Shown: piece by piece, positions 48,510 to 59,610 of the stretch
Numbering within the stretch: the stretch's first letter is position 1
Layout: each line of letters opens with the position of its first letter
From: Candidatus Latescibacterota bacterium
GTDB taxonomy: Bacteria; Latescibacterota; UBA2968; GCA-2709665
Direction: 5' to 3'
Assembly: GCA_965222075.1 (NCBI GenBank)
Contig: OZ244937.1
Location: 3,520,001 to 3,584,000 of the forward strand
DNA length: 64,000 nt
The notes under the pieces: model-generated
Databases searched by the model: none
The model's input: the letters and a program-made list of their open reading frames with translations, nothing else
Told to the model about the DNA's origin: nothing
Made by a program: the position numbers and the translations under genes

Positions 48510-48721
48510 GTGAAAAATCCTTAGAAATGGTTCAAAAACAGTCGATTGTGACCGACGCGCCCGAGCGATAGTGCAAGTTTTGCACGAATAGCCCACCAAC
48601 GGAAGGCCCCGGGTGCCGTCGACCGGCCACCGGAAACGCAAAAACCCGTTGTAAAACAAATCCCTACCCACCGGCGCCTTACCCGGTCATAACGCCCACA
48701 CTCCACCTGCCGCTAAATATT

Positions 48722-48737
48722 AGCAACTTTAATGCCA
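48722..48737 (-). promoter_or_regulatory. Sigma54 (-24/-12) promoter
   Basis: Minus strand TGGCATTAAAGTTGCT matches TGGCACnnnnnTTGCW with correct GG/GC spacing. Confidence 0.75.
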
Positions 48738-48833
48738 AAACCGGGCATATATAAACCAACCATCTATTTTTAAGACAGTTGCTCCATGTGATCCCGGTCA
48801 CAAGAAGGCATAAAAATACCCGGCGCTTCTGTT

Positions 48834-48883
48834 TTTTGTGCAAAATTTGCACCCCAAACACCAACTTTTGTGCAAAATTTGCA
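48834..48883. promoter_or_regulatory. Tandem enhancer-like palindromes (upstream activator sequences)
   Basis: TGCAAAATTTGCA at 48839-51 and 48871-83, within an 18-bp direct repeat 32 bp apart; a third variant TGCAAGTTTTGCA at 48572-84. Confidence 0.7.
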
Positions 48884-48963
48884 GAACGGCCATTCTTGCG
48901 GGAAATAGCGCCCCGTCACGTTCGACAGTCCAATGCCAAATGTTTTTCTATACGGTGTATCTA

Positions 48964-50337
48964 TTAAAACAGCTTGTACTTCCTGAGTTTATACTGAAGC
49001 GTCCGAACGCTGATCCCCAGGATCGCCGCAGCCTCCTTCCGGTTGGAGGTCACCTGCGCAAGCGTCTTCTCGATCAGTGCCCGCTCCATCTGTGCAATCG
49101 AAGATCGCAGCGGCACAGTGAACTCCCCCGGTTCCGGGCCTGCCTCCCGCACCTGCGAGGGCAGACGCGCCGGCCCCACCTCCCGATCCGGGCAGGTCAC
49201 CACAATCCGCTCCACCACATTCTTCAACTCCCGGACGTTTCCCGGCCACGTATAGTCCAGGATCATCTGCACGGCATCCGGCGTCAGGTGTTTTCGCTCT
49301 TTGTGGTGCAAAGAACAGAGCTGGTCCATGAAGGTCTCGATCAGGAGCGGAATATCCTCCTTCCGGTCTCTCAGGAGCGGCATCCGGATGGGCACAACGT
49401 TGATCCGGTAGTAGAGGTCCGTCCGGAACCGTCTCTCCCGGACCTCGGTCTCCAGATCCCGATTTGTTGCGAAAATCATCCGCACATCGGACTTGACGGC
49501 TTCCATGCTCCCCACCGGCGTATAGACCTTTTCTTCCAGCACCCGCAACAGGTCCACCTGGTTTTGCAGGGGAATTTCACCGACCTCGTCCAGAAAGAGC
49601 GTGCTTCCCTCGGCCGCTGCAAACCGCCCCGGTTTATCGTCGTGTGCCCCGGTAAACGCCCCCTTGATGTGCCCAAACAGTTCGCTTTCAAACAGCGCCT
49701 CCGGAACCGCCCCGCAGTTCATCGCCACCAGGGGGCCGCCCCTTCGGTTGCTCCGCTGGTGGATGGCCTTGGCCACCAGTTCCTTCCCCGTTCCGGTTTG
49801 GCCCATAACCAGCACCGGCACATCGGTCATCGCGGCCTGTTCAAGGGTATCGCAAACCTGTTGCATCACCGCGCTTCGATGCACAATCTCCCCGAAGGTC
49901 TCTGCCGAATCCAGCCGCGCCCGCAGTTCCTTATTCTCCGCAACCAGCGCCTGGCGTTCTAAGAGGTGTTGCAGCGACAACTGCAGGCGCTTCAAATCCA
50001 CCGGCTTGGTCAGGTAGTCGTAAGCGCCCAGGCGCATGGCCTCTACAGCCGTAGAAACCTCGCCAAAAGCGGTCATAATAATCACACCCGTATCGGGGCT
50101 TTGCGCCTTCACTCGCTTCAACAGTGCCAACCCATCCCTGCCCGGCATCTTCAGATCGAATACGGCCGCATGGTAGATCCGTTCCTCCAGCAGCCGGACG
50201 GCCTCCTGTCCATCGTAGGCCACATCCACAGCATAATTGGCCTTCATCAGCGACTCTTTGAGGCCTTCACAGATATGGTATTCATCGTCGGCGATGAGAA
50301 TGTGTATCTCTGTCGTCTCCATCCCGGCTCTGCTCAT
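48964..50337 (-). CDS. Sigma54-dependent response regulator (NtrC/AtoC family)
   Basis: REC DLKMPG, GQTGTGKE, ESELFGHIKGAFTGA, WPGNVREL, C-terminal HTH. Confidence 0.95.
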   Translation of the reverse strand: MSRAGMETTEIHILIADDEYHICEGLKESLMKANYAVDVAYDGQEAVRLLEERIYHAAVFDLKMPGRDGLALLKRVKAQSPDTGVIIMTAFGEVSTAVEAMRLGAYDYLTKPVDLKRLQLSLQHLLERQALVAENKELRARLDSAETFGEIVHRSAVMQQVCDTLEQAAMTDVPVLVMGQTGTGKELVAKAIHQRSNRRGGPLVAMNCGAVPEALFESELFGHIKGAFTGAHDDKPGRFAAAEGSTLFLDEVGEIPLQNQVDLLRVLEEKVYTPVGSMEAVKSDVRMIFATNRDLETEVRERRFRTDLYYRINVVPIRMPLLRDRKEDIPLLIETFMDQLCSLHHKERKHLTPDAVQMILDYTWPGNVRELKNVVERIVVTCPDREVGPARLPSQVREAGPEPGEFTVPLRSSIAQMERALIEKTLAQVTSNRKEAAAILGISVRTLQYKLRKYKLF

Positions 50338-51407
50338 TCTGGAGAAATGGGGAAGCTGACCCTGAACACGGTCCCAACACCCTCTTGGCTTTCCACCTCG
50401 ATGTGTCCAGCGTGTTCGTAAATAATCCGCTGCGCAATAGACAGGCCCAACCCTGTTCCCTCATCTTTGGTCGTATAATAAAACTCGAACACCCGGTCGA
50501 TCTCCGCCTCGGCAATGCCGCAGCCCGTATCCGACAGGGCCAGACAAACCTGTCCCTGCTCCGGGTCGACCCACGTCTTTGCGCACACCTTACCTTGTCC
50601 TTCAATCGACTGAAAGGCGTTGACCGTCATATTCAACACCGCCTGCCCCAACTGGTTCTCGTCTCCATCCACCAGAGGCAGGTCCGTCAACAGGTCCAGC
50701 TTCAGGTGCACCTCCTGTTCCCGTGCCTCAGGAGAGATCAGCTCGAACACGTGTCCCACCACATCGTTTAACGAAAGCCGCTGCAGCCTCAGTTCGGGCG
50801 CCCGGGAAAAACGGAGGAAGTTGCGCACAATCCGGTCCAGCCGTTTCATCTCAGCCTGAGCAATATTCAACCTTCGATAGAGGCGTTCCCGAAATTCACG
50901 GTCAAGGTCGGTCAGATCCTCTTCTAAGAGCTGGAGCTGAATGTCGATCGCCCCTAAGGGATTGCGCACCTCATGGGCAACCGAAGCCGCCAGCCGACCC
51001 AGCGCGCTCATCTTCTCCACCTGAAACATCTCCCGCTCCATCCGCTTCAGCTCCGAAACGTCTCGCACCACCATCACCACACCCGGGTCCACCTCTGCGG
51101 CCATGGAAGACGCCGTAATCCTCAAATGCTGTATCCCTCCCTCAGGACCCTGCTGGACCAGGTCAATAGGGATCGTCAGCCGGTTTCCCACAAATCCATC
51201 TTCCAGCACCCGCAACAAGCCGGGCCGACCGCCGAACAGCGCCTCCGCCGTCTCCCCAACCACAGGGCGGCCTTTCCACCCCATTAACAAAACAAAGGAG
51301 GCATTGGCCATCACGACCCGCCGATGCTCGTCAAAGGCCACGACCCCCTCACTCAGGCTCTCCAAAATCGAGGCGCTATGGTCCACCGTTGGTTCCGATA
51401 TGGACAT
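50334..51407 (-). CDS. Cytoplasmic PAS-histidine kinase (NtrB-like)
   Basis: PAS, AHEVRNPL, DTGCGI, GTGLGL; no TM segment. Confidence 0.92.
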   Translation of the reverse strand: MSISEPTVDHSASILESLSEGVVAFDEHRRVVMANASFVLLMGWKGRPVVGETAEALFGGRPGLLRVLEDGFVGNRLTIPIDLVQQGPEGGIQHLRITASSMAAEVDPGVVMVVRDVSELKRMEREMFQVEKMSALGRLAASVAHEVRNPLGAIDIQLQLLEEDLTDLDREFRERLYRRLNIAQAEMKRLDRIVRNFLRFSRAPELRLQRLSLNDVVGHVFELISPEAREQEVHLKLDLLTDLPLVDGDENQLGQAVLNMTVNAFQSIEGQGKVCAKTWVDPEQGQVCLALSDTGCGIAEAEIDRVFEFYYTTKDEGTGLGLSIAQRIIYEHAGHIEVESQEGVGTVFRVSFPISPE

Positions 51408-51539
51408 CCCCCTTGCTTTCTTCTGCCCTTTGCCCTTCCATAAGTAAATTCCCTATCTACTTCCCAACCTCCACATAAAAAAGCTATACAAGCCACCCCC
51501 AAAACGCAAGCTCAATCCCGAGCGGTCACCCCAAAGACC

Positions 51540-51569
51540 TTGACACACACACCCTTACTGTGGTATTAT
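51540..51569 (+). promoter_or_regulatory. Sigma70 promoter
   Basis: TTGACA-18 nt-TATTAT with extended TG. Confidence 0.6.
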
Positions 51570-51640
51570 AAATTTGGTACTTTATTTTGGTGATACCTCT
51601 GTTAGCCCTGAAAACGGGCCCGCCTCTCCAAGAGGCCACG

Positions 51641-54600
51641 ATGAAAAAAACAGAATACCATCCCCACCCAAACGCCGGAACCGGCCCTTCCCGGGACGAT
51701 CTCCTTCCAGAAGTCATCGAGTTCCTCCACACCCACTGGGAGGGACTTCTGAACACCTGGTTCACTCGCATCGAAAATACGGCGTTGCTCCAGGTCCGGG
51801 AAGACATCTCCCCGAACGTATCTGGGGAGATCCTGCAGGAATTTTTCGCCCTCGTCTGCAAACAGGCCGCCTGCCCCGGTGATTACGCGCCCCTCAGGGA
51901 CTACATCCAGTCGGGGGCCATCACCGCCTTTACCCCCGATGCCGCCTGCCGCCTTCAGTTCGCCTTTAAATATACCCTCCTGGAGGGCCTCAGAGAGGCC
52001 TGTGCAGATCGGCCAGACCGATGCCTTGCCCTCTGCCGCTACACCGAAACGACCATGGACGAACTCCTCCTGCGCATCGCCGAATTCTACCACGAGATGC
52101 GCTACAAGGAGATCCAGAAGCAGGAAGACGAACGCAACCGCGCCCTCAAACATACCCAGGAACGCCTCCAGACCCTTCTGGAAACGATGAACGAAGGGTT
52201 TACGGCCGTGGATACCACCGAAACCATCCTCCTCTTCAATCATCGCATGGAGCAGATCACCGGCTACAGCCGGGATGAAGTCATCGGCAAGCACGTCTCT
52301 ACGATCTATACGCCCGAAAGCCAGGAACGTCTCCAGGCCCAGCTCGCCCGGCGGCGGCGCGGCGAGTCCTCCTCCTACGAACTTAAAGTCGCCCACAAAG
52401 ACGGGCGGCGCATCCCCGTCCGGATCTCGGGCGCCCCCCTCCGGGACGATCGGGGCCACCACATCGGCAGCTTTGCCGTGGTCACCGACATAAGCGATCA
52501 GGTGCAAGCGGAAGACAACCTCCGGAAGAGCAACCGGCAAATCGCCCGGCTGCTCGACGCCGAACGCAAGCGGGCCGCCCATTTTGCCACCGTCAACCAG
52601 GTGGCGCATATGGCTCTCTCCACGCTCGACCCGGACGAAATCTTTCGCCGGGTTGTCCGCGCGGTGCAGGAGCGCTTCGATTATTACCATGCCGCGCTCT
52701 TCCTGACAGAAGGGGAATCCAACCAGGTGGTCCTGCGGGCACGGGCACGGGCAGGGGCGTATGAGCCCTACCTGCCCCAGGGCTACCATCAGGAGATCGG
52801 CGTGGGCATCGTCGGCACCGTCGTCGCTTCGGGCGAGTCCCTGCTGGCCAACGACGTGTTGGACGAACCCAGGCGTATCATCGCCTTTCCCGAGGAAGAA
52901 AACACGCGCGCCGAACTCTGTGTGCCCATCAAGCTCGGAGAACGGGTCATCGGCGCCCTCGACGTACAGAGCCAGGAAACGGATGTCTTCGACGAAAACG
53001 ACCTCACCTCCCTCCAGGTCCTGGCCGACCAGATCGCCTGGGTGACGCACAATGCCCAGCTCTTCCAGGAAATCCTCCACCTCAACGAGTTTAACGAACA
53101 AGTCCTCCAGAACATCCCCCTGCCCGTCCTCCTGCTGGATCCGGATCTGATCGTGGTCTTTGCCAATCCGAGCTACCGGGAACACCACAACCTAAAGCCC
53201 GAAGAACTGGTCAACCGGTCCCTTGAAGAGGCCGTGCCTTCCTCCCTGCTGGTTCAGCCGGAGGGCCGCAAGGCCTTGGGCGAGGTCTTTCGGACCGGCA
53301 GCACGCTCCACCTGGAGCGGCAAAAGGTCCAGATAGGAGCCTACCAGAACCGGGTGGTCGACATCCTCATGAGCCGGGTTGAAGTCGCCGAAGGTACCCC
53401 CCTGGCCCTGGTAGTCATTGAGGACATCACGGAGAGCCTGGAGAAGGCCTACCAGTCCTCCCTGCTGCGCCAGATCGGCCAGACCATGCAGGGCATCCTG
53501 GACCTGGATCGCCTCCTCTACACCATTTTAACCTGTGTCACCGCCGGTACTGCCCTCGGGTTCAACCGGGCCATCCTCCTGCTGGTGGATCAGGACCAGG
53601 ACACCCTGGAAGGCAGAATGGGGGTGGGGCCTTCCACCCAGGAGGAGGCCACTCGTATCTGGTCCGAACTGGCCCGCAGAAACCCGACGGTAGACGACAT
53701 CTTGGCCGACTACGACCGCCTCGAAGACCCGGCGGAAGCCCCCCTCTCCCGCGCCGCCCGGCAGGTCCGCATCCCCCTGGACGACCCCGACGACGTCCTG
53801 GCCCGCGCCGTGCGGGAACACCGCACCTTCACCGTGACCGACGGCGAAGTCCTCGCCATCAGTCCTGCCCTCTGGTCTGCCCTGGGCACCCACCAATTCG
53901 TGGCCGTTCCCTTAGTCGTCAAAGACCGCGCCCTGGGCGTCATCGTGGCCGACAACCTTTACAGCGGCACAACCATCACCGACGACAATGTCGACCTCCT
54001 CACCGCTTTTGCCGGCCACGCCGCCTTAGCCTTGGACAACGCCGAACTCTACCGCCAGCTGGAAGAGAAGGTCCTGGAGGTGGAAAGGGCCTACACGAAG
54101 CTGGAACGCACCCAGCAGGAACTCGTCCTCTCCGAACGCTTAGCCGTGATTGGCGAGATGTCCGCCCGCATGGCCCACGAGATCCGCAACCCTATGGCCA
54201 CCATCGGCGGATTCGCCCGGTCGATCCTGAAAAAGCCCGATCCCCGACGCGTCAAAACGGCGGGCAGCGTCATCCTGGAAGAAACCGAACGCCTCGAAAA
54301 ACTCCTCGAAGACACCCTCAACTTCACCAGGCCCAGCAAGCCCCAGCTTGTTCCAACCGACCTGAACCGGCTTTTCCAGGAAGTCCACACGCTGATCGAC
54401 GGCGAGCTTCAGGACAAACAGGTAGCCTACACCGAGTACCTCAACCCCGATCTGCCCACCCTCAACCTGGACGCCGCGCAGATCAAACAGGTCCTCATCA
54501 ACCTCCTCCACAATGCCCTGCAGGCCATGCCCTCCAGAGGGAATCTCACTGTCACCGCCCGCTGCTGCCAGCCCCCCCCTCAGGCCCAGACCGGGGAGGC

Positions 54601-54841
54601 CCGGAGCGAGTGGGTGGAAATCGAAATCCGGGATACCGGCGAGGGCATCCCCGCCGAACACCTCGAACAGATCTTCAGCCCCTTCTTCACCACCAAGACC
54701 TACGGCACGGGCCTGGGGCTGGCCATCTGCAAGAAAATTGTGGAGGACCACGCCGGCGCCCTCACCCTCGAAAGCCAGCCCGACCAGGGGACCACCGTGC
54801 GCGTTCAACTCCCCTCTCAAATCCCCCAGCCGGAAGTATAG
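51641..54841 (+). CDS. Multi-sensor cytoplasmic histidine kinase (helical N-domain, PAS-GAF-PAS-GAF-HisKA-HATPase)
   Basis: EQITGYSRDEVIGK, GIVGTV...VIGALDVQS, GFNRAILLL, AHEIRNP, GTGLGL. Confidence 0.92.
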   Translation: MKKTEYHPHPNAGTGPSRDDLLPEVIEFLHTHWEGLLNTWFTRIENTALLQVREDISPNVSGEILQEFFALVCKQAACPGDYAPLRDYIQSGAITAFTPDAACRLQFAFKYTLLEGLREACADRPDRCLALCRYTETTMDELLLRIAEFYHEMRYKEIQKQEDERNRALKHTQERLQTLLETMNEGFTAVDTTETILLFNHRMEQITGYSRDEVIGKHVSTIYTPESQERLQAQLARRRRGESSSYELKVAHKDGRRIPVRISGAPLRDDRGHHIGSFAVVTDISDQVQAEDNLRKSNRQIARLLDAERKRAAHFATVNQVAHMALSTLDPDEIFRRVVRAVQERFDYYHAALFLTEGESNQVVLRARARAGAYEPYLPQGYHQEIGVGIVGTVVASGESLLANDVLDEPRRIIAFPEEENTRAELCVPIKLGERVIGALDVQSQETDVFDENDLTSLQVLADQIAWVTHNAQLFQEILHLNEFNEQVLQNIPLPVLLLDPDLIVVFANPSYREHHNLKPEELVNRSLEEAVPSSLLVQPEGRKALGEVFRTGSTLHLERQKVQIGAYQNRVVDILMSRVEVAEGTPLALVVIEDITESLEKAYQSSLLRQIGQTMQGILDLDRLLYTILTCVTAGTALGFNRAILLLVDQDQDTLEGRMGVGPSTQEEATRIWSELARRNPTVDDILADYDRLEDPAEAPLSRAARQVRIPLDDPDDVLARAVREHRTFTVTDGEVLAISPALWSALGTHQFVAVPLVVKDRALGVIVADNLYSGTTITDDNVDLLTAFAGHAALALDNAELYRQLEEKVLEVERAYTKLERTQQELVLSERLAVIGEMSARMAHEIRNPMATIGGFARSILKKPDPRRVKTAGSVILEETERLEKLLEDTLNFTRPSKPQLVPTDLNRLFQEVHTLIDGELQDKQVAYTEYLNPDLPTLNLDAAQIKQVLINLLHNALQAMPSRGNLTVTARCCQPPPQAQTGEARSEWVEIEIRDTGEGIPAEHLEQIFSPFFTTKTYGTGLGLAICKKIVEDHAGALTLESQPDQGTTVRVQLPSQIPQPEV

Positions 54842-54845
54842 ACCT

Positions 54846-55214
54846 GTGAAAACCCTCCTGATCGCCGACGACGACAAGAACCTGGCCCTCCTCTACGAGC
54901 AGGAACTCACCGACGAAGGCTACCGGGTAGAGGTGGTACACAACGCCCGTCAGGCCATCGATCACGTGGAGCAAAGTCCGCCCGATCTGCTCGTCCTCGA
55001 CATCCGGATGCCGGGCATGGACGGCATTGAAGCATTAAGCCATATCCTTGGAAAAAACAATCTCTTACCGGTTATTTTGAACACCGCCTACACCAACTAC
55101 AAAGACAACTTTATGACATGGGCCGCCGATGCCTACGTGGTCAAATCGTCCGACCTGACCGAACTCAAGAATACCATCCGGGATGTCCTCGAACGCCGGG
55201 AATCGGAATCGTAG
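54846..55214 (+). CDS. Single-domain response regulator
   Basis: GTG start; LLIADDD, LDIRMPGMDG, ILNTAY, YVVKS. Confidence 0.9.
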   Translation: MKTLLIADDDKNLALLYEQELTDEGYRVEVVHNARQAIDHVEQSPPDLLVLDIRMPGMDGIEALSHILGKNNLLPVILNTAYTNYKDNFMTWAADAYVVKSSDLTELKNTIRDVLERRESES

Positions 55215-57915
55215 GGGCGCGCATGCCGCGCCCAAAGGTCTGACAATAATCGATACCCTCCAAAAAGAACTGGCCACACTGCGGAAGGCCTGCCCGCCTG
55301 AGGACCTCCATACAAAACGTACCGCGTGCCTTCGCAGCTTCCTCGACATCACCTGGGAGGAGATTCACGCCCAGCACACAGCGGGCGCATCCGGCACAGA
55401 GGTAGTACAGGCCCTCACCCGGCGGGTGGACACCCTTGTTTGCCTCCTCTACAGCGAGGCCGTCAACGATTCGGTTCATCCCCCCCCAGAAGGCTACGCC
55501 GTCCTGGCCCTGGGGGGATACGGCCGGGGCGCGCTCAATCCCAGATCCGACATCGACCTCCTCTTCCTCTTCCACAGGATCCGGGAAGCCGACCCCATCA
55601 CCAGGTCCATCCTCCACACCCTCTGGGATCTGCGCTTCGATATCGGCTACAGCACTCGCACCATCTCCGACTGTCTCACAGCCGCCCGGGGAGACACCGA
55701 TTCCCTCACCTCCATGCTCGAGGCCCGGCTGCTGGTTGGAGACCCGAACCTGGTCCGCCGGCTGGAAGAGGTCCTCGTCGGCCAGTTTTTCGGGCGCAAG
55801 GCCCGGGCCTTCGTCGCCCGGAAAATAGAGGAACGCCGGCAGCGGCACATCAAAGCCGGACTTTCCGTACAGCTCCTGGAGCCCAACGTCAAAGAGAACA
55901 CCGGCGGGCTGAGGGACACCCACACGGTGGGCTGGCTGCTTAAGGTCCGGCGAGGCCTAAATGCCCCCGAAGGCCTCCTGCAGGAACACCTGATCACCCG
56001 GCGGAACTACCAGCTCTATGTGGACGCGCTCGATTTTCTCTGGCGCACACGCAACGAACTCCACTTCTCAACCGGGAAGCGATACGACACCCTCGAACAC
56101 GACCTTCAGCCCGCCATCGCCCGCGGGCTCGGCTACATGGACGGCGGCCACGAGCTGGGCGTGGAACGGTTTATGCGCGACTACTATCGCCATGCCCGAA
56201 ACATCAAACACCTCACCGACCTGATCTGTGAACGGCTCAACGGCAAATTCTCTGCCGCCAACCGGGCCGTGGGGCTGATCGCGCGCCGCACCTTAGACGA
56301 CGGTGCCACCCTCTCGCACAGCCACATCGAGCTCCCCAGAAAACGCAAAAGCTTCTTTAGTGACGACCCTTATCGGCTGCTCAGCCTCTTCCTCGACGCC
56401 CAGCGCTTTGGCGTGCTCCTCAACGAAACCACCCAGAGCGCGATCAAAGGCCACCTCCGCCTCATTGATGAGGCCTTCCGGCACTCTCCCCGTGCGGCCC
56501 GGATCTTCTCAGACATCCTGGGCGCGCCAGAAGGGGTAGCCACCACGCTGCACACCATGCACGAACTGGGCGTGCTGGGTGCTTATATCCCCGAATTCGA
56601 CAGCCTGACCTGTCTGGTCCAGTACAACCGCTATCACATCTACACGGCCGACGAACATACCCTTATCGCCCTTGAAAACCTGGAACGTCTCGGCACGTAC
56701 CCGGCGGTGGAGGGAGACCTTGTTCACCTGAAGCAGGTCTTCAATGAAATCTCCAGAAAAAACCTTCTCTACCTCGCCCTGCTGCTGCACGACGTGGGGA
56801 AATCGGCCCGCGGGCAGGACCACAGCACTGTGGGCGCTCGAATGGCCCGGGACTTTCTAAAACGCCTCAACCTGCCCTCCGATCAGATCGATACCGTGGT
56901 CTTTCTGGTTCAAAACCACCTGACCATGTCCCATATTTCCCAGCGCCGGGACCTCTCCGATGAGGCAATGCTGAAAGAGTTTGCCCGCCAATTCAAACAC
57001 CCGGATGTTCTGCGCATGCTCTATCTGCTCACCTACGCCGACCTCTCATCGATAACCCGCACGGCCTGGACGGCCTGGAAGGCCCACCTGCTCCGGGAAC
57101 TCTACGTTAAGACGTTCAACCTCTTGATCTTGAAAGGAGAACCGCTCAGAGAAAAGGACGAGTATCAGGCGATGGACCGGCACCTGGTGGAAACCCTCGC
57201 CGACCGCTTCGGCCGGCACAGGCTGGAAGCACACCTCAACAACCTCCCCCAGCGCTATGCCGACCTGACGGATCTCGATGGGGTCGCAACGCACCTCAAT
57301 CTAATCGAAAAACTCAAAAAAGCCCTTGTAGCAGTTGATGTTACTCGAAGCGGCCTCTTTTCGGAAATAACGATCTGCACCCGCGACAAGCCCTACCGGC
57401 TCTCCAAAATCTGCGGCGTGCTGGCCACAAACGACATCAACATCTTCAGTGCCCAGGCCTATACCCGCACAGACGGCATCGTGCTTGATATTTTTCAGAT
57501 CACCAGCGTAGACGGGAGCCCCGAGATCGATTCCGCCCGGCAGGAACAGCTACACCGCCAACTCACCGAGGTCTTCGCGGAAAAGGTCTCGATCGAAAAC
57601 CTCCTCGCCAGGCATCAGCAGCGCTGGTCCAGGCGCCGCAGTCCGGCCATCCCCATCCCCACGGAAGTTCACTTTGAGAACGATATCTCGAACCGCTATA
57701 CCGTCATCGACATCTTCGCCCAAGACGCGGTGGGGCTGCTCTACAAGATCACCCGCGCCCTCTCCGACCTGGGCCTTGACATCTACACGGCCCGCATCAG
57801 CACCCAGGCCGACAAAGCCGTGGATTCCTTCTACGTCACCCAGAACGGAAACAAAATTGAATCCTCTGGTGCGCTGGAGCACATCCAAAAGGAAGTCCTT
57901 GCCCGAATCGAATAG
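55183..57915 (+). CDS. glnD: [Protein-PII] uridylyltransferase / uridylyl-removing enzyme (start uncertain)
   Basis: ALGGYGR, SDIDL, EPNVKE..GGLRD, YHIYTADEH, LLHDVGK, two C-terminal ACT domains. Confidence 0.93.
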   Translation: MSSNAGNRNRRGAHAAPKGLTIIDTLQKELATLRKACPPEDLHTKRTACLRSFLDITWEEIHAQHTAGASGTEVVQALTRRVDTLVCLLYSEAVNDSVHPPPEGYAVLALGGYGRGALNPRSDIDLLFLFHRIREADPITRSILHTLWDLRFDIGYSTRTISDCLTAARGDTDSLTSMLEARLLVGDPNLVRRLEEVLVGQFFGRKARAFVARKIEERRQRHIKAGLSVQLLEPNVKENTGGLRDTHTVGWLLKVRRGLNAPEGLLQEHLITRRNYQLYVDALDFLWRTRNELHFSTGKRYDTLEHDLQPAIARGLGYMDGGHELGVERFMRDYYRHARNIKHLTDLICERLNGKFSAANRAVGLIARRTLDDGATLSHSHIELPRKRKSFFSDDPYRLLSLFLDAQRFGVLLNETTQSAIKGHLRLIDEAFRHSPRAARIFSDILGAPEGVATTLHTMHELGVLGAYIPEFDSLTCLVQYNRYHIYTADEHTLIALENLERLGTYPAVEGDLVHLKQVFNEISRKNLLYLALLLHDVGKSARGQDHSTVGARMARDFLKRLNLPSDQIDTVVFLVQNHLTMSHISQRRDLSDEAMLKEFARQFKHPDVLRMLYLLTYADLSSITRTAWTAWKAHLLRELYVKTFNLLILKGEPLREKDEYQAMDRHLVETLADRFGRHRLEAHLNNLPQRYADLTDLDGVATHLNLIEKLKKALVAVDVTRSGLFSEITICTRDKPYRLSKICGVLATNDINIFSAQAYTRTDGIVLDIFQITSVDGSPEIDSARQEQLHRQLTEVFAEKVSIENLLARHQQRWSRRRSPAIPIPTEVHFENDISNRYTVIDIFAQDAVGLLYKITRALSDLGLDIYTARISTQADKAVDSFYVTQNGNKIESSGALEHIQKEVLARIE
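55211..55233 (+). repeat. GTAG-type REP-like palindrome
   Basis: gtaggggcgcgcatgccgcgccc. Confidence 0.7.
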
Positions 57916-58015
57916 ACAGCCGGTCCGCACTTAGCGTCTGCCCCTCCCCGGACATCGGGTCCGTATTCGATGGTTTGGGGTGATATGGCCAGATGCGGAT
58001 AACCCGAGAAAAAAC

Positions 58016-58054
58016 TTGACAATCCCTACTCCTTGCCTTACCTTGTGTTATAAT
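58016..58054 (+). promoter_or_regulatory. rho promoter region
   Basis: TTGACA at 58016 and extended -10 TGtTATAAT at 58046-54, followed by a leader of about 240 nt. Confidence 0.55.
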
Positions 58055-58296
58055 CTTCTCCCGACGACCTCTGCCTGTACCTCGCAAACGGTATTCTTCA
58101 TCGCACCTTTTCCTCACAGCGCTTATCTTTGAAGGTTGTCTGTTGCTTCCCTGTTCACCCGCCTTTATCCCAACAAATCCGCGTCCAGGAGAGCCGCTTA
58201 GCTTCCCGTTAACCCCATGGGCCATCCGGGCAACGCTCCCCGCGTTCAGGTTGCCGATCATCCTATTCCGAAAGTCTCGCCAATTTCCCTAACCCT

Positions 58297-59610
<1,314 letters not shown>

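Noticed and set aside
52734-52760. Short gcacgg duplication (ARARAG) in the kinase GAF domain
   Set aside because: In-frame 6-bp duplication with no evident consequence
51602-53188. 528-aa antisense ORF, and similar long shadows such as 39453-40817, 48838-49962 and 28587-29423
   Set aside because: They lie fully opposite well-supported genes, have no motifs, and are expected in GC-rich DNA
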